Shown: piece after piece, positions 10,393 to 23,091 of the stretch
Layout of the letters: each line of letters opens with the position of its first letter
How positions within the stretch are numbered: position 1 is the first letter of the stretch
Source: Amoebophrya sp. A120
Taxonomy: Eukaryota; Protista; Dinoflagellata
Direction of reading: 5' to 3'
NCBI GenBank assembly: GCA_905178155.1
Contig: CAJINV010000005.1
Span: 439,319 to 503,318 of the forward strand
Length of the DNA stretch: 64,000 nt
Made by a program: the position numbers and the translations under genes
The notes under the pieces: model-generated
Told to the model about the DNA's origin: nothing
Seen by the model: only the letters and a program-made list of their open reading frames with translations
The model's database searches: none

Positions 10393-13300
10393 TCAGCGCA
10401 AGTGCGCGGGTCCGGGCCCATCCCTTGTGATCATGCTGCCGTAGGAAGCCGCAGTGGTGGAGTAGCTGTTTTTCACCATCTGCGGCTGCTGGTTCGGCCC
10501 CGCCGCGGAACTGGTGTGGTTGAGCTTGTGAAATTGCACGAAGACCCCCGTAATGTCATCCGAGATCTCGTTGTCCGAGTCCGACTATGCATTGCAAAAT
10601 CAATAACAATATCGCAATCGCATTTTTCATACTGAATCTGATTGCAGTACTTATTGCATGACATTGACGGTTCTTGTGGTAGTGATTTCTTCATAGAATC
10701 AGCATTAGAAATTCCATTTACTTCTCGAAGTGAACAATAGTTCTATCAACCTAGACCTGGATTAGTATGTGCCGGATATTAAGAATTTTGCAATACATAC
10801 AGACATCCACTGGTGCCAAGACACCTTGGCCAAGTTCTCCATGCCGACCTGTGCGTCCTCATTCTGTGCGTTCATCGCATGCTGCGCGGCCTCCGGAGCC
10901 TCGAGGAATTCCCACACACCGTCACTGCAAACGAGAAGTCCGATGTCGTCCTGTTTTGTTCATTCGTTGTTTATTCCTCATACGTCGATCTACACAGTGA
11001 GCTGGTCTCGTGCATTTCACACAGAGACAGATCCACAGACTCTGCAGCATCAACACATATAATGCGGAAAACAATCTGAATCTTATCTTTATCATTCATG
11101 CGCATGCCGCTTCGTTTATAGTTTGTTTATTTCATCGTAAAAAATATTACGCTCTGTATCCGGAATTTGCTGACTTCTGCCTCCGCACACAAACCAGCTT
11201 CCCGGTGAGCTATCAAATGTAAAAATGTCTTGGTCTGGAAGGGTTGGAACTTGTGATGCAAACTCTGGAACACACAAAAATTTGTGTTGCATGAGCGCCA
11301 AAAGCTGTCCATTTCTTGGCACGCAAGTAGGAAGTTTCTCATGCGGGACAGGCATCATGAGGCGTGCTCAAAACCTGTGATGCTTTTGCCTGCATCAGAC
11401 GCCACTTGCGTGATCCGAAATATGCATGACAAATCTCAGAATCTTCCAGACCCAGACACTTTTACATTTGATATGAGCCACGCAGTCCCCAAATGCTCTG
11501 CTCATGTTCAAACCCGTATCAGAATGAAAAATCCCCCCTCCCCATATCGAAAACGGAAATTTCTGATGCTGATTTGTGGTCACAAATCATCTTTGTCTTG
11601 CATGCAGGGCCATAGGAGCCATTTGACGCATTCCAGAGCAAGTCTGTCATGCGCATTCGACTACGGCAAACCTGTTTGTGATGCGCAATTGCTAGCCTTC
11701 TACATACCCAAACAGGCTCAGAAAATGCCGCCAAGCACTTGCTGCAAGACAGATCTGATTTGTATACGCAGATCCAGCATCAGAAACTTCGTTTCGATAT
11801 GGGGAGGGGGGATTTTTCATTACGATAACCCGGGTACATTTGACCTTGGTTTTTTAGTTGCTTTTCGTGCGGCAGCGTGACCACGATGTCAAAAGCAAAC
11901 CAAAAATGCCGTGTCAAAAGCAACTGCGAAGCATAACTTCAATTTCATCTTCATCCACGAAAAGCGACACTCTCAAATAAACCAAAAGTCTCATCAGATA
12001 AGTACCTTTCGCGAACACCCTGTGGTTAAAGAAGCCGTCAAACAAAACTCGCCCGCCCCGCTCCTCAATGCGCTTCTTCTCTTCCGCCAAGCTTGGCTTG
12101 TGGTCCCTCGTCAAGTCCCGGCCCGTGTAGGCGCCCTTGCTGGTTCGGGAGACCATCACAGCGCGGCTGTCACCGACGTGGGCAACCTTTGTTTGATGAT
12201 AGTTTAATATGATGGTGGCATTCGCATTTGATGATGGTGTAGTTCTTCTTCCAGCTCCTGCTACACTAGGCCATGCATAAAAACTACAGTTCGATCTGTA
12301 CTACTATCTGTCATTGCATCAGAAGTTCTACTAGCATCGTTGCAAACAAGGCCATTTTCGTGTAGTACATAGATCATCCCTTTTTCTGGTCCCGCGAGGA
12401 TTTGGTAGACTAGGGTGCACGTGGAGCCGCTCATGCCAGCTTGGAGTGTTGCGTGCCGTTCCGCGTGCTCAATAAGTTTTTGGCATTTGGCAAAAGCTGT
12501 TTGGAGGGCCGCTGCCGGATCTGTGATTTGATACATGGGTTGTGTGGTCGGAATATTACTTGAATAAGAATTTCACCTGCTCAACATCAACATGATCCTC
12601 ATCGAATGAAATTTTTCATCATATAAAAAAAGCAAATTTTCATTCGCTGAAAAGAAGAACTAAAAACAGCACAAGCAAACACACAGATTCACCCTTCGCT
12701 CTGTTCGGTTCGTTCAAAAAGAGCTTCGGCAGGGCATCCTTAACGAATTGTGATATGTGGTGCCCTATCAAATGCAAAAATGTCTGGGTCTGGAAACTTG
12801 TGATGCAAGGAAGGCACTAGTGAACTCACTGTAATGCGCTGCCAGGCATGACAAGTTTTTTTCATGGTTCTGAGTTGCGTATTCCGCATGGCATGAGAAA
12901 CTGCATTGTTGCATGACAGGGAGAAGGAGCTCTTCGCGGCCATGCAATACAGAGTTCAGAGTCATGCCCGACTAGCATGACAAATTTCGGAATCTTCCAG
13001 ACCCAGACATTTTTGCATTTGATATGCCCGTGCTGCCCGTGCCCATCGTACACTCCGACAAGAAGAAACTCCTCTGCAACGTAGAGCTGAGAAAAGTTTC
13101 ATAGGAAAAGTGACGTAAGTATCAACAACATCGACGAGTAATTGCATTGCCTTTCGCGAGGAAAAGTAAAGCAGCTTATTATATTGGGTGGGTAGCAATA
13201 GAGTGGAGAAAGAATATGCGAAATAAATTTGTATACCACACTAAAGGCATCCTGATTTGGTGATTCTGGCTTCATGCCCTTTTTGCAGCTTATGCCGATT

Positions 13301-14342
13301 CCCAGCTTGTTCAGCTCTTCCCTGGTTTTCTCGTTCCCTGCCTTGTCTGCTGCGGAACGCTTGTCTGTTTTTATATTTTATTTCCAGTGTTTGTTTTTGA
13401 TATAGCTTTTGCTTATATTTATAGTCCTATGGATGTTGACGAGAAGATCATGGTGACAGCTGTGGTACTAGGTTGCACTTGCAGTTGCAGCCTGACAAAA
13501 ACGTCGATCAAATACTTGGTGACTAAGAGTCGTAAAAATCAAAATCGACTTCTTCTATACCAGAGGAGCTGCTAGCCGCTGGTCCTGCTTGTGTCAATTT
13601 CTCATCGAACGACTTTTGTCCCGTCTGATCCGAATGGAAACTTGACAAGTTCAGCTTTCTCCTGGCTTGCGTTGTTTTCACCAAGTCGCTGGCGTTTGTG
13701 GTTTTCAGAAACTGCATCAAGCCATGGTTTATGAATTGCAAAAATGTCTGGGTCTGGAAGGTTGAAGTTTGTGATGCTAGTTTATTTTGGATTCTAAAAA
13801 AATCTGTATTGCATGATCAGCAAGAGGAGTCTAGTTTGTGCTACGCGGGAAGGGCATTTGTCATGCGGAATAGGCATCAGGAAGCCCTCTAAAGATCTGT
13901 GACGCTAGGTCATGCATTACAGGCATTCTGGGTCATGCAAAACATGCATGACAAACCCGGCAACATTCCCGACTCAGACATTTTTGCATTTGATATGGTT
14001 GTCTGTCGGAGCTGCTGTTGTAGACCCTGTGGAGCTTCGCGCGGCACCGGATTGGCTCGGCCTGGATAATCGAGAATTTGAGGCCGGTTGGTTGTCATGA
14101 ACACAATCAACGAGTAGACAGCACAGGAGCGTCGATATCATCAAATAAAGCAACAGAAAGGAAAAACACATGAAAAATTCTTATTCTGCCAGGAGGTCCT
14201 CAAGAAGGCATTATATGTACTCTTTCTTATCCACCGTGCCCAAGGTTAGCCTCCTTCTTTCGCTGGCTACCCGACGGGTTTTCCTCGGATTTCTGGTCGC
14301 ATCGGACCGACCTCCCGAAGTTGCGAGATACTCCGTCGCCAT
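10393..14342 (-). CDS. Protein phosphatase 2C (PPM family); 5 introners plus several GT-AG introns
   Basis: Motifs SCKKGMKPESPNQD, GVYDGHG, SGSTCT, VAHVGDSRAV, TRDHKP, PGLNMSRAFGD, CSDGVWEF, SDDIT. The start (ATG 14342, MATEYL...RRRLTLG) is inferred; stop TGA at 10393-10395. Confidence 0.9.
10586..10799. mobile_element. Aged introner: only about 14-bp TIR retained
   Basis: TATGCATTGCAAAA / TTTTGCAATACATA; DR CCGAC/CAGAC; removal gives QWMSDSDNEISDDIT. Confidence 0.8.
11211..11473. mobile_element. TIR introner, family A
   Basis: DR TGAGC/TGAGC; removal gives GDCVAHREAGL. Confidence 0.93.
11517..11827. mobile_element. TIR introner, family B
   Basis: DR ACCCG/ACCCG; removal gives MYPGLNMSRAFGD. 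Confidence 0.93.
12766..13024. mobile_element. TIR introner, family A
   Basis: DR TGCCC/TGCCC; removal gives DGHGQHGHHISQFVK. Confidence 0.94.
13730..13995. mobile_element. TIR introner, family A
   Basis: DR TGGTT/TGGTT; interior closely similar to 4065-4326; removal gives PTDNHGLMQF. Confidence 0.93.
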
Positions 14343-15095
14343 CTTCCGATAGTTTGAAACGTAGCTTTCGCGATTTGAAATCTTACACGACTGATCTACT
14401 TTCTCAAAAAAATTCTACAAAACAAGCTAAAACAGACAGAAACAAATCATCTTTACGTTCTTTCATATTTTTGCGCACGAACGCACGACTCGTTTCTTGC
14501 TTGTTTGCAAAGCATGTTGATGATACTATCAATATTCAGAGACGAACGAGTGTGGCTTGCAATATGGAGCCCCGAGACGACACTGCTATGATCTTGATCC
14601 CCCCCACAACTGATGGAGCAAGTTTAATTTCCTTTACGCACCCTTACCGACTAATGATAATCTCCCACCGAACTTTTTATCATGCGACATAGAACTCCGA
14701 GTGCTGCAGTAACAGCTCTACCAGACAAGAACAAAAAGTGAAACTAAAACCGAAGCACGAGAAATATCATTTTCACCGAAGCAACACTACAAACCGATGA
14801 AATGAAGCAACCTACAGCAACACCATCCCCACAGTAGAGCAATAAATTCGAACGACTGACGGTCAACAAGTAAAGAGTGCCTTGGTCGTGAAACTACTCA
14901 TCGAACAGAGGAAATTGTCCTCGGGTTCGCGGCAAGAGCAACGCTCACTTCAGCAGGCACCTTTTGTGAAGTAGAAACCGCATAAGCGATTGTATAATTT
15001 GTATTTGTAGCAACGCGTCATAGCTTTGCTTGCATAGCAAAGCACAGAGCAAATGCAAATTGAGTTTCTTCGATAACATTATAAATATCATATTT

Positions 15096-17809
15096 TCAGG
15101 ATATGCAGCAAGAGCTTTGGTCTTCCACCGAGTACTCGAATTGCAGTGTGCCATTTACCCTCGCGGCAACACATTCCTGAATGTCGACCCAGTCACGCAG
15201 AGTAGCGTTACTCGTGCTCCCCGGCCGGTTCTGTGCGTTTTTCAAGTGTAGCTGCTTGATCTCGTCCTCGCAAAACTCCAAACAGCTCCGCTCGTTCTTG
15301 AACAACATCCCGACCACGGACAGAATCCGCGCCACATTTTCCATCGACCGATGGGCAAGCGAGTATTCCAGCGGACACCACAACACCTCGTGGTTCGCAC
15401 CGTTGTGCAGCAGCAACCGGACCAAATTCGGTTGGCGCCAGCAAACCGCGGCTTGCAAGGGTGTCGGCGCATCGGCCGTGGGAGCAACGGACCCCTCGAT
15501 GTTCGCGTTTAGTTCGAGCAACACTTTTGCCGTCTTTGCCCTCCCGTGGATCACCGCGTTGTGCAGTAGCGTGAAGTTTTTCCGATACCCGAACCGGTCT
15601 TCCGCCGGGTCGCCCCAGGAGCACAGCTGGCCATAGTAGTTGATGTCGGCGCCCTCTCGGAGCCGCGCGACGATCTCTATCAAATGGAAATATGTCGGGG
15701 TCTGGAAGATTCCTACATTTGTCGATGCGTGTCTGGCATGCCTTAAGAATCTGTGATGCAGGAGCACGAAGCGGTCCTCTTTTCTGTCATGCAAAAACGC
15801 AGTTTGCCATGCAGAACACGCAACACATAGGAGCCCAAAAAATTTGTTATGCGTGGTTCCGTATTTTTGCAGTGGAACAAACTCTCATTCACTTTTAGCA
15901 TTACAAGTTTCCAGACCCAGACATATTTGCATTCCATAATCTCCTCGCGACTTCCGTACCAGGTGCCGACGCACTTCCACAGCTTGGCTTGCGGGTGCCC
16001 GTCCTGGCGTATGACAGTGCACAACTCCCCCTTCCCCTCATTTGCATAGCATGAACGGCAATACAAGCATCAATTCAACAAGAGTGCCGGCTTTGCATGA
16101 CAAATTTGCACTGGAGTATAGTGCCACTTGGGCTACCAGAATTTGTCATGCAAACAGTGCCAAGAAGCGAAGGGTGGAATGGGTATTTTGCATGACAAAT
16201 GAGGGGGAGGGGGAGTTGTGCACTTTCATATGGCGCCCGGCTTGCCACTGCCGGACGAGAATCCGCTGCGGGTTTCATCACGAGGAAACATCCCCCCTCC
16301 CCATATCAAAAGTAGGAGGCTTCTGATGCTGGGTTTGCGTATACAGATCGGGTTTGTCTTGCAGTAGAGGGCAGCAGGCTCCTGCCAAGCCTGAGTAGAG
16401 AGCTTTTGGCCTAGGGGCTTAGCATGAAGAACGTCTATGCTGTAGGCCCAGCAGTATCACAAACCGCCCGCATAATGCGGCAGAGCCTGTGGAGTTGTCT
16501 TCTTGCAAGACAGACGTGATTTGTGGTCTCAAATCAGCAAGACAAATTTTCGGAAACACACCTTTTCGATATGGGGAGGGGGGATTTTTCCTCGCAATAG
16601 GTTTCTCGGATCCGCGGTAAGCCCGACCGGGACTAAGGGACCGGTGTACAGGTGCTGCGAATTATTGGTCGCATTGCGATTTGCAGTTCCCCAGGTCGTT
16701 GTAGTACTGGCTCCTCCCGCTCCAGAGCTTGTGGTTACAGAAATCGTTGCGCCAACAGCACCTCCTTGTGTCGCCGGAAGTAAGCTCACCTGCGTTGGAC
16801 TCGCCGCAATTGATGGCCCGGGACCCCCGCTGTGAAGAATGGTTACCTGTGACGCCGGGATCGTTTGCTGAATGGTCATTCCCCCGCCATGATGATGTCC
16901 TAGCAAGTGCGATGGCTGCGGCGGCGGGCTCGGTACTGGCGGCCCGTAGGATGACGGGTAGGCGAAGCTGGGCATCGGATGAGGAGGCCGCCCTGGTACA
17001 CCCGAGCTGGAGCTACTCGATGTTGCCGCCGTCGTGGTCTGGCCGTTTGTCGGCAGATACCGCTGCTGAACTGGCGCTGGAGGCGGTGGCTGTTGTTGAC
17101 CCTGACCCGCTCCCCCCGTGTTGAACAAGTGTTGCGCTAGAGTTTGCAGAAACCCCGGACTTCGCGTCGTCGCCGGTCTGTTCGGCGCAGGGGGAATCGG
17201 TTTCGCGATCCCCTTCTTTTCGCAATAGTCCTCGATGAGGGATCGGACCGCGCGATTGGGTATCAGATTGTTGGGAGAAATCTCTTCTCGCGTGACAGGA
17301 CTACTGGAATGCCCAAGGGAAAACCAGTCTTGGATACTCTGGCGGTCGTACGTCTGCCCGTCCTCCGCCACCACCGGGTCCGCCATCAGTTCGCGGGAAA
17401 TGGGGCACAGAAACTCCGACGGGTGGTCCTCCTCTTCTACTTCATCCGTGGCTTGACGCTCGTCTGAGGCAGCAACCTGCGGTGTAGTTCTACTTGCGGG
17501 CCCCGCGGCGCCCGCGTGTTCTGCCGGAGGCGGCGGAGGAGGTTGTGCCGAGGAGGAGCTAGTTGACGTGGTGGACGCAGGAGGAAACAAGCTAGTACTG
17601 GCAGCACGACCATCATCATGCTGTTGTACTAGTTGTTCGTCTGGTACTAGCAACGGCGGCGCCGACGCGTTTGCGTAGGGGTTGGTCGCGGGGGGACGCT
17701 CGTCAAGATCATCGCAAGTTGTTGACCAGGGGAGCAAAGTCGTTTCCGGAGGAGCTGCGTCGGCCCGGCTGCTCGAACCACTGCTCGACGTTGCTTTGTC
17801 AGGATTCAT
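15096..17809 (-). CDS. U-box and ankyrin-repeat protein (putative E3 ubiquitin ligase), 3 introners
   Basis: U-box PSEFLCPISRELMADPVVAEDGQTYDRQSIQDW...SPVTRE...LIPNRAVRSLI; ankyrin repeats TLLHNAVIHGRAKTAKVLLELNANIE and TPLQAAV...LVRLLLHNGANHE. These join in frame through two micro-exons. Confidence 0.88.
15678..15938. mobile_element. TIR introner, family A
   Basis: DR ATCTC/ATCTC; removal gives SREEIVARLREGAD. Confidence 0.92.
16010..16230. mobile_element. TIR introner, family D
   Basis: TATGACAGTGCACAACTCCCCCTTCCCCTCATTTG / CAAATGAGGGGGAGGGGGAGTTGTGCACTTTCATA; DR TGGCG/TGGCG. Confidence 0.92.
16276..16599. mobile_element. TIR introner, family B (left end CA instead of TA)
   Basis: DR GGTTT/GGTTT; removal gives DPRNPQRILV. 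Confidence 0.9.
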
Positions 17810-18477
17810 GCTGTTGGTTTTTATCTTGACTTGAGTAGTCTGCTGGAGGTCATTGCTGGGTCCAGAGGAATAAGAACGATGAAAAGTGGGAAGCAAGAGA
17901 ACTGCTTCTTCTACACGAAGGAAGGGGCAGCGCCCTTTTTGTCGTGGTCGAAGCTGCAGAAGAACAGGTCGCTTCGATCACCGTTTTCTTTGTGATCTAG
18001 CTCCAAGGCTGCACGAAAAATGAATTGAGCAAGCAGTTTCTACACAGAAAGTTTTGATGATAATATGGCAAAAAGACCAACATTCACTCGCTCGTCGACA
18101 GTTTTGAAGCGCGGCCCCCACTCAACATCTGGGCTTCAGTCGTAGTCGCAGCGGCCGCAGTCGCATCGCAGGTTTTGAGTCCAGGAACACAGAACAGACG
18201 AAACTTCGAAATATTCCAGAGGGTACAACTTACCTGGTGGCATCTTGTTGTTCCACCTTCAGGAAAGTTTTTTCGTATGTATAACTCCTTCAAGGTCTTC
18301 AAAATCTTCAACGAGTGTCTGTACCATTGCGCAGCAAAAACAAGAAACGCATAAACAAAATGCTTGTTCCTCCCTCCTGATTCCGTGTTCCTCCCGGAAA
18401 TTTTAATCCATTCATCAATTGCAGATCCTTCATGAAAATTGTTGACACTACGTCTACTCGCCGCAAAAAAAGTAAAC

Positions 18478-21400
18478 TCATCCGTAGTTCAGCTGCGGGG
18501 TCCCCTCAATTTCCACGGGCGTGCGGTCCGTTGGCAAGACGCATCGGAACGCGAAGAACTATCCAGGAGAAAACACCCATGCCATCCTGATCCATTTCTT
18601 GCATGACAAACGAGTGCAACTTGTTATGCATGTTTGCATGACAAATTGGATGGGGATGGGTGTTTTTTATTTCCTGGATAAGAACGCTGCTGTGTACATC
18701 CCGAAAATCGCCAGATACGCCAAGGCTGCCCAGTTGCTCCTTGGGTTTAGGATCATGTACAAGTGAATCCCCCGGTTGTCCAAGGCCCACAGGTAGAAAG
18801 CCAAGTACAGGATCCCGAACAGCAGCCCAAACCAGAGGTCTAAAAACAGCAGCGGTCGCGGATTGAGCCAAATTTGGTCGGCCCAAGCGAGGAGGACGTT
18901 GAAGCCGTGCACGTTTATCTGGAAAAACCCGAAATTCCACTGCATAAAGTCCCGCACCGACCCCCTTTCCTTCTTCTTCGCGAGCAAAAAGCAGACGATC
19001 ACGGGGACCAAAACCCCCCACCAGACGACGAAAGTGATGGTCGCTTGCACCAGGGCCGGAAACCTGAAAACTTCGTAAATTCCGACGAAAATGGGTCCGA
19101 GGCAGGTGCCGCACATACCCTGTTAGTTGATATTTATTGGACGACGTCGGGATCATGTTGGCACAGTCAGGATTTCTTCTGGCGATACAATAGATTCGTT
19201 GTCAACCCTGCAGGGACAGAATTTAGGATTTACTTCGAAGGAGATGTACCTCCCTAACAAGTTGAAGTTCTCGTAGCACGAAGAGCGAGCTGAAATTCGA
19301 TGCTTTCGAAAGCAACCGTCTATCAAATCAAAATCTCAAAAATCAACAAATACCCCGCATCGGGCGAACAGTAGGACAAATGTCGCCATCAAGTGCCTGA
19401 CGGTGAATAGGTTCCAGCTGGTCATGGTATAGCTGACACAGGGCCACCAGCTTATCCGCATCACCATAATGCCCACGTTCAGCGCCCCCCAAAACGCGAT
19501 ACCGCTGTGCACGGACAAAAGTGTTGCGTCACTGGTCGCTCTCGTCGCCGGGCCGCCATTGTAGTTCGGAAACATTTGGTTTTCAATGGCGTACTTCTCC
19601 CAATTTTCCGTCTCCCAGATCGCAAAGGACGGCAGTCGGTTGAGCGCCTGCTCCGGGTGTAAGGCTCCGGCGGGCCTTGGTTGGTTCATGAAGCCTTCCG
19701 GGTCGCGCAGGAAGGCCATTTGCGGCACCAGGGGGCACCAGACAATGTTCGCCGGAGTTGCGTAGGCCCCGAAAGGGGTCCGGCCTCCGTCTATCGAAAG
19801 GAAAGATCCCCCCTCCCCATATCAAAACGGAGCTTCAATTTCTGATGCTGGATTTGTGTACACAAATCAGGTTTGTATTGCAGAGAGGCACTGCGGCCAG
19901 ATCCCCAGGCTAGGTAGGGGCGTATGGGTCTAGTTGTTCAGCATGGCAAACGGGTCTCTTTTAGGGCCAACAGCATGACAAATCGCTTCCATAGTGGGGC
20001 AGAAGCTTCTGCCCTTGTCTTCTTGCAAGACAAAATGTGATTTGTGACCTCAAATCAGCAACACAAATTTTCGGAAACATACCTTTTCGATATGGGGAGG
20101 GGGGATTTTTACTTTTGATACCGTCGAGGGAGTCTGCCAAGTCGGGCCCGGGTTTTCGGAAGTACATCACGGGTATGGCGACGGTGATGAAGATATCAAA
20201 AGTGAAAATGTCTGGGTCTGGAAGAATGCAAGATTGTCATGCTATTTTTGGATTCTAGAAAAATCTGTATTGCATGACCAGCAAAAGGAGCCCAGTTTCT
20301 GCTACGCGGGGAGGCCATTTGTCATGCGGAATAGGCATCAAGAAGCACTCAGAAAATCTGTGATGCCAGGAAATACATCACAGACGTCACGGGCCATGTA
20401 AAATCTGCATGACAAGTTCGCATTCTTCCAGACGCAGACACTTTTACATTTGATAGAAGAGAAAGGCAGCCCAGAAAACGATCCGCGGCAAGGCTTTCGG
20501 GCGATCGGTCCACAGCCACTCGTTGTCCTCGGTGATTTATGCATTGCAAATATGTCTGGGTCTGGATGGATGCGATTGCGAACTTGTGATGCGCATTTCA
20601 CAACACAAAAAAATCTCTCATGCAGAGGCAGCAAAAGATGCCCACTTCCTGTCACCAAAAGGTGGAATTTGTCATGCGGCTTAGGCAATGCGAAAGATAA
20701 TTATAATTTTCGAAATCTGTGATGCTAGTAGGGCTTCCATGACAGACCGTCTGTGTCATGCAAAAACAGCATGACAACCTCACCTCTTCCAGACCCAGAC
20801 ATATTTGCAATGCATATGATTTGGGTTCGAAAAAACTCGGCCGCCTCCTCGAAGTTGCGCAAGGGCGGGACCGTCGACCACTTGTCCTCCTTCCTCTTCT
20901 TGTTTTTTGCCGCCCAGCTTCCCATTCCATCGTCAAACGAGCCCATGGAGAGCTCGGAGGTTATCGTATTTAAAAACGTCCCCGCCCCATAGTTGTGATG
21001 CAGATCTGCATGCTGAAAATGTTTCTCATGCGGAGCCCCATGAAAAGCATTTTCTAGTCGCGTTTTGGAATTTTTCATGCTCCAATCAGCTTAGTTGGCT
21101 AGATTTGTGATGCTGCTGAACAAGCTCCACAGGACTACACTACGAGGACAGCCTTGTCATGCTAAACAACAAAAGCTGGTTGATTTGTCTAGCAGATTCC
21201 CCATCTTGACTCTGGTGTGGGGACGCTTTTAATCAGGATAGAGGTGCCCCCGAAATCATCTTCTTGGGAGGAGTATCAAATGTAAAAATGTCTGGGTCTG
21301 GAAACTTGTGATGCTGTGTGGCGTATCATGAGGAGGCGACAATTGCTGGCTCAGCATGATAAGTTTCTGAGCTTCTAGGTGTTGCCTATTCTGCATGACA

Positions 21401-22206
21401 AACTACGTTTCTGCATGACAGAAAAGTGGGGCTCTTTGGTAATGTGCATGACAGATTTAAGAGTCATGCCAGACAAGCATGACAAACTTACATTCTTCCA
21501 GACCCAGACATTTTTTTACACTTGATAAGGAGGCTGAAAAGATGGAAACCAACGGGACATCGAGGAAAAGCGCGGTCGCTTTTTCCGTCTGCTCTTCGGC
21601 AAAGGTAGTGGGAAAAGCCCTAGTACCTTCTATGTCGCTTTCCGTCGACGCCCGTCGTTTCCGCAGTAATTGAACACTGGTGTAGTTGTTCTGCTGTGGT
21701 CCGCGTGTCTGCTGGCTGTGGTTTTCCTTATTGCTATTGTTCACATTTTGATTATTTTCATCAACATCGCCTTTAGTTGTTCTTTTCGCATTCCTGCTGT
21801 TGCTCTTTCGGGACATCGTATTTTTGCCTCCGTAGAGGTACTGATTTGCTTGGCCATACGACTGCAGGTCTTCGGATGCTGGGACCATGCCGAGGAAGTC
21901 ATCCGGCGGCTCAGTTGGATCTGAGTTTATCGAGCGGGAAGTAGATGTTGTTCTTGCACCAGGAGCCGGTCTTGTCGACTTGATGCTTGGCATCTTCGTC
22001 GTTTCTCCTTTGGTAGACTGTGCGGAAGTAGATGCGGTTCTTGCCGGCGAGAAGAAAGAAGTGGTCTCGGTTGCTGTATCCTCTTCGTCGTCGTACTCGG
22101 CATCGCGGTAATTTGAACGTGGAGGACTCGTCGCTTCTTCATCGGGAGACGCGCTAAGACGGCGCGGTGCTGCGGTGTCTTCGTGAGAGGAGAACTCGCC
22201 AAACAT
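18478..22206 (-). CDS. Multi-pass membrane protein, possibly FAR-17a/AIG1/rolling-stone-like; 6 introners plus a GT-AG intron
   Basis: In-frame join of all segments from ATG 22206 to TGA 18478-18480. Hydrophobic helices with YTMTSW, NVHGFN and LYMILN motifs. The family call is by motif resemblance only. Confidence 0.72.
18560..18680. mobile_element. Minimal 121-bp TIR introner, family F
   Basis: TATCCAGGAGAAAACACCCAT / ATGGGTGTTTTTTATTTCCTGGATA; DR AGAAC/AGAAC. Confidence 0.9.
19792..20120. mobile_element. TIR introner, family B
   Basis: DR CCGTC/CCGTC; removal gives SLDGGRTPF. Confidence 0.92.
20194..20455. mobile_element. TIR introner, family A
   Basis: DR GAAGA/GAAGA; removal gives AAFLFITVAIP. 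Confidence 0.92.
20538..20816. mobile_element. TIR introner, family A
   Basis: DR TGATT/TGATT; removal gives RTQITEDNEW. Confidence 0.92.
20962..21240. mobile_element. TIR introner, family E (AAAAACGTCCCCRCMCCA ends)
   Basis: DR GAGGT/GAGGT; related to 33076-33354. Confidence 0.9.
21274..21527. mobile_element. TIR introner, family A
   Basis: DR AGGAG/AGGAG; removal gives FSASSQEDDF. Confidence 0.92.
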
Positions 22207-23091
22207 GATTCTGAGCTTCTACGTGAAGATGAAGAAGATCTTCGCGAGCCCAAATAATTGAAAGAGCTGCAAAAAACGTTTAGGTATTTTATACTTGTAG
22301 TAGAGTAGTAAGAAAGTACTTCTAGCGGAAGTTAAAGTTAGAAGAAGTTTTTTCGCGGGAGCAGACCTCCATGCGAAGTTGTGAAAAAAATAACTTCGAT
22401 TCCCATTCACCAATACTTAGGGGAAAAGTTGCACAACAAACAGTATCGACAAAATGATTACATCAGGCTAGTAGCTACTAGCTCAAAACGACAGAGCGTC
22501 GTCGGTACCGGTACATACACATAGACGTATTGCGTGCAAAGAAATGGAAAAGAAAGGTAATATGGCTAATTATGGGTCTGTGTTTTTCATTGCGGTACCG
22601 GTATGTTGAAGTTCATCATGAGAGGACGGCACCGATTGAAAGCTATAAAGCATTTTGTTTGAACTGTGACACCGATGGACTATGTTCGAAGCACACCGAA
22701 GAGACACCATTTCATACATGAGTAAGTAGACAGTCGAAATAACACCGACGCTCTTCATCAAACATTATCATGTTTCCGAAGGTTCTTTGACGACCGATAT
22801 GCGACCGATCTCGAAGTCCGTGGTGGAGTTCGACTACAGATCACAGAAATAGAACTTTCAGAGGATGTGAAGTGACAACACTAGCGACCATCAGAAAATG
22901 TGGGGATCACAGATGGCACTATGTCAAATCGGTGAGCCAGAAACGTGTTTGTTGCAATGATTATTGCACTGTTTCTTGTCCGAAACATTTGTTTACAGCG
23001 GACGACCACAACTCATGAGTTGTTTGTGATGAGTCTGTTGTTTCTCCTGATCAAAAATCTGCAGACTGATTCTTCAGATAATTCTCTTAGG

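Noticed and set aside
16140-16155. TTGTCATGCAAA resembles the metazoan Sox-Oct composite site
   Set aside because: It is the introner internal motif; there is no basis for Sox/POU regulation here, so it is treated as coincidence.
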